A DNA stretch of 64,000 nt from positions 6,852 through 70,851 of the forward strand of contig JBNJGH010000004.1 in NCBI GenBank assembly GCA_051747585.1. Reading direction: 5' to 3'. Both the position numbers and the translations under genes were made by a program. Shown here one piece after another: positions 18,478-26,511 of the stretch. The number at the start of each line of letters is the position of its first letter. Positions within the stretch are counted from its first letter, which is position 1. The DNA is from Candidatus Rifleibacteriota bacterium. GTDB lineage: Bacteria; Muiribacteriota; Ozemobacteria; Ozemobacterales; Ozemobacteraceae. A model generated the notes under the pieces. That model did no database searches. It was not told where the DNA came from and saw only the letters and a list, made by a program, of their open reading frames with translations.

Positions 18478-19092
18478 ATGACTAGCTTTAAATCCTTAAA
18501 ATTACTGGGTCTGCTGTGTCTGAGCACGCTCTTTCTTGCTGCACCACAGGTCCTTTTGGGGCAAGACCTCGATGAGTTCGGTGGCCTTGATGATCTGGAT
18601 GGCGACAGCATGATCAGCGATTCTCCGTCAGGAGATGGAATGAATGCAGAAAGCCCATCTGGCTCAGAAGACAACGACTTTGGAAATGCTAAAATGAGCG
18701 AAGCTGAGCAGGTTGATGCTCTGGCAAACGAATTCAAGTTTGCCCCGGACAACCCTGACAAAGACCCTTTCAAGCCACTTGTTCAGAAGAAAGTTGTACT
18801 GCCACCGGTTAGAAGGGCTAAACCAACTTCCAAACCTAAAAAGTCATCGAAACCCAAAAAACCGCCCATTAAGCCTATCAAGCTAATGGTTTCAGGTATC
18901 GTTGGCACTGAAGGCGATCGCCTGGCAGTCATCAGGTTTGAAAACCAGGAGCATACGATTACCAAAGATCAGGTAGTAGAAGGTAAGTTCAAGGTAGTAG
19001 ATATTCTTTCGGATCGCGTAGTCGTTTATTCAAATAAAGAAAAACGACGACACACCTTTAAGATTGGTGGTGACGACAAAGGTCGGCGATAA
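18478..19092 (+). CDS. pilP: PilP-like protein (acidic N-region, Pro/Lys linker, HR beta-domain)
   Basis: KDPFKPL motif and C-terminal LMVSGIVG...LAVI...FKVVDI...VVV; between pilO and pilQ; no lipobox. Confidence 0.65.
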   Translation: MTSFKSLKLLGLLCLSTLFLAAPQVLLGQDLDEFGGLDDLDGDSMISDSPSGDGMNAESPSGSEDNDFGNAKMSEAEQVDALANEFKFAPDNPDKDPFKPLVQKKVVLPPVRRAKPTSKPKKSSKPKKPPIKPIKLMVSGIVGTEGDRLAVIRFENQEHTITKDQVVEGKFKVVDILSDRVVVYSNKEKRRHTFKIGGDDKGRR

Positions 19093-19111
19093 AAAATCAC
19101 GATTGTTTAAG

Positions 19112-19168
19112 AAAAAGACTGTATCAATAAGCAGGGAGTGCAAAGCTTATGATACAGCTTTTTTTTAC
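19112..19168 (+). terminator. Intrinsic terminator-like hairpin inside the pil cluster
   Basis: ctgtatc-a-ataagc...gcttat-gatacag followed by c and T8. Confidence 0.7.
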
Positions 19169-19195
19169 CAACAAATAAAATAAAGGCAAGAGAAA

Positions 19196-19360
19196 ATGAA
19201 AAAAAACTTATTTTGGACAATATGGGGCTTGACTACTTTAATATGCGTTATGCTTGCCGGTTTCAAGTCATTCGCCCATGAACTGGAGCAGGAAAAGAAG
19301 TCGGCAATGAAAAAGACGGAAAATTCCAGGCCGAAGTATTACCAGGCCGCAAAAGACTGA
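19196..19360 (+). CDS. Putative small secreted peptide, 54 aa (not in ORF track)
   Basis: MKKNLFWTIWGLTTLICVMLAGFKSFA|HELEQEKKSAMKKTENSRPKYYQAAKD*; Sec-signal architecture; only a weak AAGG/AGAG Shine-Dalgarno. Confidence 0.55.
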   Translation: MKKNLFWTIWGLTTLICVMLAGFKSFAHELEQEKKSAMKKTENSRPKYYQAAKD

Positions 19361-19598
19361 CTCTACTATTCATTTAAAAGCAAAGAAATATATTTTTTCC
19401 CTTGAATACTCTCTATCGCTGTTTTTTTGCTAACGGAGGTCGATAAACCAGATGCAATTTTTTCAAACTTTTTGCAAAAATTTTAATTTGACACTGGATG
19501 AAACACGAAACTTTGTCGATAAGTTTTCTGATAGTCCCGAAAAGGCATCTATCAGCAATCACAGTTTGTCGGACATTCCCGTTCGGAGGTATAAAAGA

Positions 19599-21008
19599 AT
19601 GAATTCCACGGGTTACACCAGGAAGAAAAGTAACATCCTATTATTGTTTGCGACTCTTGCAGTCGTTATCATGCTCCCGTCCTCGCTGTATGCGGATGAC
19701 AACATTACTCTTGATTTCCGTGACACTGACATTCGTCAGATCATCAAGACAATTGCCCAGCAGTCAGGGACCAACATCATCGCAGAAAAAAGCGTTAGAG
19801 GTCAGGTAACAGTTAAGTTGACCGACGTATATTATGAAGAAGCGATGAACCTCATTGCCAAAACAAATGGTTTTGCCGTAAGAAAAATCGGTAACACCTG
19901 GATTCTGGCAGATGAAGATAAGCTTGTTGACGCTTTCGAAAAAGGTTTAACTATTACCAAAAGGCTTCAATATGCAAAAGCCGCTGATGTCAGTAAAATC
20001 ATTTCATCTACCATCAAAAAAGATGTTAAGGTTGCCACTGATGAGCGCATTAACGCGGTTATAGTTTCTGGAGGTAAAGATATTCTCGATGAAGTCAAAA
20101 AGCTTGTCGAAACTATCGACACCCCGGTTCATCAGGTTATGATGGAAGCAAAAATCGTTGAAGTTAAGACCGATGCTTCCAAGAGTATTGGCTTTAAATG
20201 GACTGGTAAAACCGGTCAAGATAGCGATTATTCTACCTTTGATAACCTCCCGGTTCTTTCTACCACAGAATACTTTGCCAACAATCCCGATTCCGGGCTC
20301 TATCAGGAAGAATTTTCCGGTCAGCAGGGCGAACTATTCGGCCTGGGTGATTTCTACCGCGAAAACCTCCTGTTTAAAGCAACATTTGCCGCACTTGAAA
20401 AGCGAAACGAAACCAAAGTGTTGAGTAATCCAAAAATATCAGCGGTTAATGGTCAGGAAGCTACTATCATAGTTGGTACTAAAGTTATCTACCCGGGTGG
20501 TGCTGACCAGCCTCCGAAAGAAAAAGACACAGGGATCAAACTTAAAATTACACCTAGAATCAATGATGATGGATACATAACAGTAGATGCAGAACCTGAA
20601 GTATCTTTCGTTGAATCCTGGTCTAACAACAATATGTATCCGGTTATCGGCACACGCTCAGCTAAAACGACTGTTAGAGTGCGCGATGGAGAAGAAATTC
20701 TTATCGGCGGTCTGATCAGAGATGAAGAAGGTAAAGAAAACAACAAAATACCTCTTTTGGGAAATATTCCAATACTTAAGTCTCTGTTCTCTTTCAAAGG
20801 TAAGTCAGGTTCTTCTCAGGAGCTTATCATTCTCATCACGCCTCATATCATTGCACAGAGTATTGAGTCTTCTGCCCCAACCTCAATGGTACCAGAAACT
20901 GGTATAGATCCAATGGCATCTTCGGATTCAGGATCTTCTGAATCATCACAGCAGCCAACCGGAACTATCGATGATTCCTTCGACAACGCCTTTGATACCT
21001 CTTTCTAA
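19599..21008 (+). CDS. pilQ: Type IV pilus secretin PilQ (STN-N3-secretin; start moved to ATG 19599)
   Basis: ITLDFRDTDIRQII, QVMMEAKIVEV, LSNPKI, TGIKLKITPRI, IPLLGNIPIL..LF; GGAGGT Shine-Dalgarno before 19599. Confidence 0.93.
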   Translation: MNSTGYTRKKSNILLLFATLAVVIMLPSSLYADDNITLDFRDTDIRQIIKTIAQQSGTNIIAEKSVRGQVTVKLTDVYYEEAMNLIAKTNGFAVRKIGNTWILADEDKLVDAFEKGLTITKRLQYAKAADVSKIISSTIKKDVKVATDERINAVIVSGGKDILDEVKKLVETIDTPVHQVMMEAKIVEVKTDASKSIGFKWTGKTGQDSDYSTFDNLPVLSTTEYFANNPDSGLYQEEFSGQQGELFGLGDFYRENLLFKATFAALEKRNETKVLSNPKISAVNGQEATIIVGTKVIYPGGADQPPKEKDTGIKLKITPRINDDGYITVDAEPEVSFVESWSNNNMYPVIGTRSAKTTVRVRDGEEILIGGLIRDEEGKENNKIPLLGNIPILKSLFSFKGKSGSSQELIILITPHIIAQSIESSAPTSMVPETGIDPMASSDSGSSESSQQPTGTIDDSFDNAFDTSF

Positions 21009-21030
21009 CCTCCGACAAACTTAATAAATA

Positions 21031-21065
21031 AAAAAAAGCACCACCCTGACCGGGTGGTGTTTTTT
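21031..21065. terminator. Bidirectional intrinsic terminator (pilQ / aroC)
   Basis: A-run-gcaccaccc-tgacc-gggtggtgt-T-run. Confidence 0.88.
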
Positions 21066-21076
21066 ATATGGAATTC

Positions 21077-22225
21077 CTATTTAAAAAGATTTCGATACCG
21101 GGTTTCAACTGTTCTCACATCTACGCCACCGGTTGTTTCCAGAATCTGTGAGGCAAGTTCTATTGCAATAACAGATTCGCCTACTACAGCTGCAGCCTGT
21201 AAAACCTGCACATCTGATCTGTAATCATCGGGCCAGGCTGTTTGCATTGTATCCAAATCGATTGAATCTATTTTTGCAGCACCAGGTAAGGGTTTTAAAT
21301 GAAAACGAATAATCATTGGCTCTGAATTTGTCATTCCACCCTCTAAACCTGCTGCAAGATTGGTTTTATGAAAAATTCCCCGCTCCGGGTTAAAGCTTAT
21401 TTTGTCTGCAGCAACAGATTGAGTTTTACTCAACGCTACTGCTTTACCAAATTCAACCCCCTTAACCGAAGGTAAGCTCATTATGCTTGCCGCCAATATT
21501 GCATCGAGTTTTTTATCATGCTGCGTATGACTGCCCAGACCAAAAGGCAGGTTCCAGAAAATTACACAGGCTGTTCCGCCCAGCGACCTTTTTTGCTCTT
21601 TGGCCTCATCGATAATTTTTTTCCATTTCTCACAAACCTCAGCATCGGGAGTTAAAAAAGCAGAAGAACCAGACTCTGTAAGTTCTTTTATTCGGGTGGC
21701 TTTCATAGAATAGTCGATCTTTGCGCTGACTCCACCAATAGCTTCAACCAGACAGGTGAAGTCTATCCCAAGCTCCAGAAGCATATTTCTTGCCGGCACC
21801 GACAGGGCTGTTCTCATAGCCGTTTCCCTTGCAGAAGCTCGCTCACGTATTAGACGACAGTCATCAAAACCATATTTCAGTGCTCCGGGCAGATCAGCAT
21901 GCCCAGGCAATGGAACGGTAATTTTGGCGGCTTCACGATTTTGCTTAAAGGGATGCATATAGCCTTTTCTGACAGAATAATCCTTGTTTTTGATCAACAA
22001 ACCAATCGGACTGCCAATAGTTTTTCCCGCAAGAACTCCCGCAAGAACCTCTACCTTGTCGTCTTCAATCGTTTTTCTTTTGCCACGACCGTAACCTGCC
22101 CATCTTTTTTCGGCAAGCCGATCAAAATCAGCTTGAGTAATTTCAATTCCAGCCGGCAGGCCGTCAATTATTCCTGATAATGCTGGGCCATGCGATTCTC
22201 CTGAAGTCAAATATCTTAAACCCAT
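21077..22225 (-). CDS. aroC: Chorismate synthase
   Basis: LRYLTSGESHGPAL, PGHAD, ERASARETA, GGMTNSEP, RSD; divergent. Confidence 0.9.
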   Translation of the reverse strand: MGLRYLTSGESHGPALSGIIDGLPAGIEITQADFDRLAEKRWAGYGRGKRKTIEDDKVEVLAGVLAGKTIGSPIGLLIKNKDYSVRKGYMHPFKQNREAAKITVPLPGHADLPGALKYGFDDCRLIRERASARETAMRTALSVPARNMLLELGIDFTCLVEAIGGVSAKIDYSMKATRIKELTESGSSAFLTPDAEVCEKWKKIIDEAKEQKRSLGGTACVIFWNLPFGLGSHTQHDKKLDAILAASIMSLPSVKGVEFGKAVALSKTQSVAADKISFNPERGIFHKTNLAAGLEGGMTNSEPMIIRFHLKPLPGAAKIDSIDLDTMQTAWPDDYRSDVQVLQAAAVVGESVIAIELASQILETTGGVDVRTVETRYRNLFK

Positions 22226-22342
22226 ATAGTCTCCTGAAATTTAATTTCTGTCTGGCTAGAAAATAACACAAAAAGGCTTAACTTGATTCAGCAAAATGTC
22301 GATGCATTTTCTAACAAATTATTTATAAGACTCAATCTTCCC

Positions 22343-22370
22343 TAAATTTTGTCGGCTTGTTTGCCGATAA
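22343..22370 (+). promoter_or_regulatory. sigma28-type promoter of the DUF501-flgF-flgG-flgA-flgH operon
   Basis: TAAA(22343-46)-N16-GCCGATAA(22363-70), exact consensus. Confidence 0.8.
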
Positions 22371-22395
22371 TACGTTTAGGGAGAGGTATATTATT

Positions 22396-22944
22396 TTGGC
22401 AAACAAAACTGAAAAAACAAACAAAAAACAACTATCAGCGATAGATGTTCTAGGCCGCAAGCCCAGAGCACCGTTTATTGTAAAAACCAGATGCGCCGAT
22501 GGCTCGCCTCAGGTATTGCTTGCTGATACCGTTTTTAAAGAAGAAGGAATTTACAAACCTTTTCCCACTTTTCTCTGGCTTGTCTGCCCGATTTTAAAAC
22601 ATAAGGTAGCTCAGCTTGAAGAAAGCGGTCTTATTAAAGAATTATCAGAATTACTGCAAATTAATTCTGACCTTAAATCAGAATTCGATAAAGGACAAAG
22701 CTTCATTTGCAAAATAAGAGTCGAAATAGCAGAAAAGATCCTGAAAAATCAGGTGCCGAAACACATATATAAAGTGTTGGGAACAACAACTATAGCAGGC
22801 AGCAGCAACTATACCGGTGTCAAATGTTTACATGCACATCTGGCCCAGGAACTGGTTTATGGTAACAACCCTCTGGGGCGAATAGTTCTCGAAAAAACCG
22901 GCACCTGTAACGGCGAACATCAGAAAGGACACAGTAATGATTAG
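22396..22944 (+). CDS. DUF501-family protein (start moved to TTG 22396)
   Basis: PFPTFLWLVCP, LE..G.I, GVKCLHAHLA; GGAGAGG Shine-Dalgarno upstream. Confidence 0.82.
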   Translation: MANKTEKTNKKQLSAIDVLGRKPRAPFIVKTRCADGSPQVLLADTVFKEEGIYKPFPTFLWLVCPILKHKVAQLEESGLIKELSELLQINSDLKSEFDKGQSFICKIRVEIAEKILKNQVPKHIYKVLGTTTIAGSSNYTGVKCLHAHLAQELVYGNNPLGRIVLEKTGTCNGEHQKGHSND

Positions 22945-23779
22945 AGGTCTTTATACTTCATCATCTTCAATGCTCTGTGAAATGATCAGACAGGATATGG
23001 CGGCCAATAATCTTGCAAATGTAGATACTGCCGGATATAAAAAAGATCAGGGAATTTTTAAGGAGCTGCCTACTATGACCCTGCGCAAAGTAAACGATGG
23101 CAAGCTTTATCCGCCCAGACCTTTTTATAAATTCCCTAAAATAGGCGAACTGGGCACAGGAGTTATACTCGATGAATCCTACACCGACTTCAAAGCCGGA
23201 AAAATGGAATATACAGGCAATAAACTCGATGTCGCTCTGGCAAATGAAAAAGCTTTTTTGCTGGTTCAGGGTCCAAATGGGATGCGCTATTCAAGAGACG
23301 GCACCCTGACCATTGATCATGAAGGCTATTTAACCAATGTGCACGGCGATTACATAATGGCTGAACCTGATCCTGTAAGCGAAATTGAAGGTCAGGTTCT
23401 CGTAGATGAAGATGGGAACCAAACCCGGAACTTTATGCGGGTTCAGGTTAACGATCAGCAAACCGTGCAGATAGATGAAGAAGGAAGGGTAATAGTCGAT
23501 GGCGAACCTCAATTCAGAATAGCAAGAGGCCAGGCCACCGACCGAAAAGCCTTTAGGAAAGAGGGTGCCAATAAGTTCGTTCGAGCTTATGGCACAGTTA
23601 CCCGAGCACTTGGAAATGTTAAGCCGGGCTATAGAGAAAAGCCAAATTTCAGCCTGGTCGAGGAAATGGTAAAAATGATTGAAGTTTCACGAGCTTACGA
23701 AGCTAATTCGAAGGTAGTTCAGTCTCACGACAACCTGTTAGACAAGGCTATCAATTCAGTTGGAATGACCAGACGGTAA
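22937..23779 (+). CDS. flgF: Flagellar basal-body rod protein FlgF
   Basis: MIRGLY, ANNLANVDTAGYKKD, TGNKLDVAL, YSRDG, N..EEMVKMIEVSRAYEANSK. Confidence 0.85.
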   Translation: MIRGLYTSSSSMLCEMIRQDMAANNLANVDTAGYKKDQGIFKELPTMTLRKVNDGKLYPPRPFYKFPKIGELGTGVILDESYTDFKAGKMEYTGNKLDVALANEKAFLLVQGPNGMRYSRDGTLTIDHEGYLTNVHGDYIMAEPDPVSEIEGQVLVDEDGNQTRNFMRVQVNDQQTVQIDEEGRVIVDGEPQFRIARGQATDRKAFRKEGANKFVRAYGTVTRALGNVKPGYREKPNFSLVEEMVKMIEVSRAYEANSKVVQSHDNLLDKAINSVGMTRR

Positions 23780-23806
23780 TTCTGACAGAACCGGAGGAAT
23801 AAGCCT

Positions 23807-24595
23807 ATGATGCGCTCACTATGGTCGGCAGCAACCGGCATGAAAGGTCAGGAAACAAATATAGGTGTTGTTTCCAATAACCTTTCAAATGTTACAACCA
23901 CGGGCTTTAAAAAGAGCCGGGTAGATTTCCAGGATCTTATGTATCAAACTCTCAAAGAACCTGGAACACCCATTTCAACCGGTAACCAATACCCCGTAGG
24001 CATTCAGCTTGGTCATGGTGTAAGACCGGTAGCCACTCAAAGAATGTTTACTCAGGGTGAATTTCAACAGACCGAACAACCCCTGGATGTTGTAATTGAA
24101 GGAAAAGGTTTTTTTCAGGTTCAGCTCCCAAATGGAGACATCGCCTATTCAAGAGATGGTGCCTGGAAGCTGTCTGCCGAAGGTCAGGTAGTTACCTCTG
24201 ATGGCTATACGGTTCTACCGGGCTTTACTATCCCACAGGAAGCTATCGGACTCAATATAACCCCATCAGGTATAATTGCTGCAAAAATGCCTAATCAGGT
24301 AGACCTTGAAGTGCTAGGGCAAATAGAAACCGCCGACTTTATAAACCCTGCCGGCCTTAAAGCGATTGGCCGCAACCTTTTTATCCCCAGTGGCAGCTCA
24401 GGCGATCCTGTAGTCGGCATACCCGGCACTCAGGAACTGGGTGAAATTGCTCAGGGTTTCATTGAAATGTCAAACGTCAAAGTCGTCGAAGAAATGGTCA
24501 ATATGATTGTTGCCCAAAGAGCTTACGAAGCGAATTCTAAAACAATACAAACTTCGGATACCATGCTTCAGATAGCAAATAATTTACGTAGATAA
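23807..24595 (+). CDS. flgG: Flagellar basal-body rod protein FlgG
   Basis: MMRSLWSAATGM, SNNLSNV.TTGFKKSR..FQDLMYQ, EMSNV..VEEMVNMI.AQRAYE.NSK. Confidence 0.95.
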   Translation: MMRSLWSAATGMKGQETNIGVVSNNLSNVTTTGFKKSRVDFQDLMYQTLKEPGTPISTGNQYPVGIQLGHGVRPVATQRMFTQGEFQQTEQPLDVVIEGKGFFQVQLPNGDIAYSRDGAWKLSAEGQVVTSDGYTVLPGFTIPQEAIGLNITPSGIIAAKMPNQVDLEVLGQIETADFINPAGLKAIGRNLFIPSGSSGDPVVGIPGTQELGEIAQGFIEMSNVKVVEEMVNMIVAQRAYEANSKTIQTSDTMLQIANNLRR

Positions 24596-24606
24596 GGTTC
24601 TTAACA

Positions 24607-25656
24607 TTGATTAAATTCTTACAGTTCAAAGCAGCTAAGTTCATAATACCGCTGATGTTCCTTTCATGCGTTAACTGCCTGTTGGCTTTCAATAAAAAAA
24701 CAACAGTTAAACAGGATTTGAAAAACTCTGCTCTAGTTACCAGGAGTTCTATAAAAGCTGATTGTCTTATAAAATCAGAAGCCAGCGCTGCTATAACAGG
24801 TGAGCTGACAGGCATACAGCTGGGCTATATTCCTGATCCTCTGGGCGAACTGGTTATAGAAGAAAAAGAACTGCGAGAAAAACTGGGCAAGTTTGCCAAC
24901 CAATTCAACCTTCCCGAAAAAGTTACTATTAAACGCAGAGGCTCTATTCTTAAGGGAAGTGTTGTAAAAGAGAAAATCAAAGAATTTTGTCAGGCCAAAT
25001 CTGAGGATGATCTAAAAATTGATATTTCGCGTATACCAACCAACATAATTTTGCCCGGCAATCTAATAAAATGGGAAATTAAGCCAAACTCAGACAATTT
25101 GCTGGGTATGCGCCTTTTTAACCTTAGTGCTGAAACAGACGGCGGAAAATTTCGCCAGCTCTTCCAAGTTAATGTGGTAAAAATTATAGAAGCAGCTCAA
25201 CTTAATTCTCTGGCAAAACCAGGGCAAAAATTAACGGCTGACATGATAAACAAAAAGCCAGTCGAAATTGCCAGTGAACACACTAATCTGCCTTTAACAT
25301 ATCAACAAGCATTAGGTAAGCGCCTGGGGCGGTATAAATCTCCCGGCACTATTGTCAGAAATTCAGACATTTTCAATCAAACTCAAAATATCTGTCTCGA
25401 CAAAAAAGCAAAAAAACAATCTTTCAATACCCAGAGAAGGTTTAATGACAGAAACAAACGTGCAAACTGGGCAATAAAACCAGGCGAAAAAGTTGAATAT
25501 CATTTTGCCAATGGAACTCTTGAATTAACATTGCCTGCAAAAGCTGTAGAAGGTGGTGCAATAGGTGATCAGATTCACCTGATTAATTTAAGAAACCATA
25601 AAAGAATTAAAGGAATAATTACCGACAGGGGGCGAGTAGAGTATGCAAAAAATTAG
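24607..25656 (+). CDS. flgA: Flagellar P-ring formation chaperone FlgA
   Basis: C-terminal SAF-like repeat and A..G..GDQI...NLRN.K.I.G; between flgG and flgH. Confidence 0.75.
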   Translation: MIKFLQFKAAKFIIPLMFLSCVNCLLAFNKKTTVKQDLKNSALVTRSSIKADCLIKSEASAAITGELTGIQLGYIPDPLGELVIEEKELREKLGKFANQFNLPEKVTIKRRGSILKGSVVKEKIKEFCQAKSEDDLKIDISRIPTNIILPGNLIKWEIKPNSDNLLGMRLFNLSAETDGGKFRQLFQVNVVKIIEAAQLNSLAKPGQKLTADMINKKPVEIASEHTNLPLTYQQALGKRLGRYKSPGTIVRNSDIFNQTQNICLDKKAKKQSFNTQRRFNDRNKRANWAIKPGEKVEYHFANGTLELTLPAKAVEGGAIGDQIHLINLRNHKRIKGIITDRGRVEYAKN

Positions 25657-26236
25657 AATCAGTTATATTTTTCTGGCACTTATTGCAATTGCCACAGCAA
25701 CACAGGCAGGGCCATTATGGCTGAGCGGCAACGACCTCTACTCAGCAAAAGGCGCACGAGATTTCAAGCCGGGTGATATTGTTACAATAGTAGTTTCTGA
25801 AGAATCTGATGCCCGGTCTCAAGCATCTACCAACACCCAGAAAGAAACCCAGGTTCAGATAACAAGCAATCCGACAATACCCCTTTTCAAAGGTGCCATG
25901 GATCAATTTATTGGCAACAATCAAGTAGACAATGAGTTTGACGGCGAAGGAACAACCAGCAGATCCGGCCGATTAAACGCCACTATCACCGCAACTGTTA
26001 TGGAAGTGCTTGCCAATGGAAATCTTCTCCTTGAAGGCACCCGATCTATCAGAGTCAACCATGAAACCCAGTTAATGAGAGTCAAAGGCGTAGCCAGATC
26101 CAGAGATATTGATGCAAACAATCAAATCAACTCTAAACTCCTGGCAGACGGGCAAATTAAATTTGACGGCAACGGCTCAGTCGATCGCGTAAACAAACCA
26201 GGTGTAATCACCCAACTTATCAACACAATTTTTTAA
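25643..26236 (+). CDS. flgH: Flagellar L-ring protein FlgH
   Basis: A.DFKPGDIVTI.V.E, ITATVMEVLANGNL..EG...I.VN.E, G.AR..DI...N.I.S..LAD. Confidence 0.92.
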   Translation: MQKIRISYIFLALIAIATATQAGPLWLSGNDLYSAKGARDFKPGDIVTIVVSEESDARSQASTNTQKETQVQITSNPTIPLFKGAMDQFIGNNQVDNEFDGEGTTSRSGRLNATITATVMEVLANGNLLLEGTRSIRVNHETQLMRVKGVARSRDIDANNQINSKLLADGQIKFDGNGSVDRVNKPGVITQLINTIF

Positions 26237-26246
26237 AATTCCGAGC

Positions 26247-26399
26247 ATCACACAAAGATTCCAGAACACGAAGGAAACAAAAAAGGCAAAATGCTTTTCG
26301 ATATGTTTTTATATTTATTTAATTTTGTCGATAGTGAGTCCCGATACCGAATACCGATATCGATTTTTCTTCTTTGCGTCTTTGGGTCTCAGTGTGAGG
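26247..26399. repeat. MITE-like intergenic element with imperfect inverted ends and internal CCGATA repeats
   Basis: Left arm catcacacaaagattccagaacacgaagg; right arm cttctttgcgtctttgggtctcagtgtgagg, which resembles the 59542/61279 repeats; internal ccgataccgaataccgatatcgat. Confidence 0.5.
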
Positions 26400-26511
26400 C
26401 ATCTTAATTAGTCTCCGGATTTTTTTAGAGTATGCGTTAGCCCTGCTCGGGCTATTGCGAAGTTAAATTATTTCTGTTATATCTGCATGCAGACTAAAAT
26501 AGAGGCAAACA

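Noticed and set aside
19452..19598. 49-aa N-terminal extension of PilQ from the ORF track
   Set aside because: A GGAGGT Shine-Dalgarno and the signal peptide fit ATG 19599
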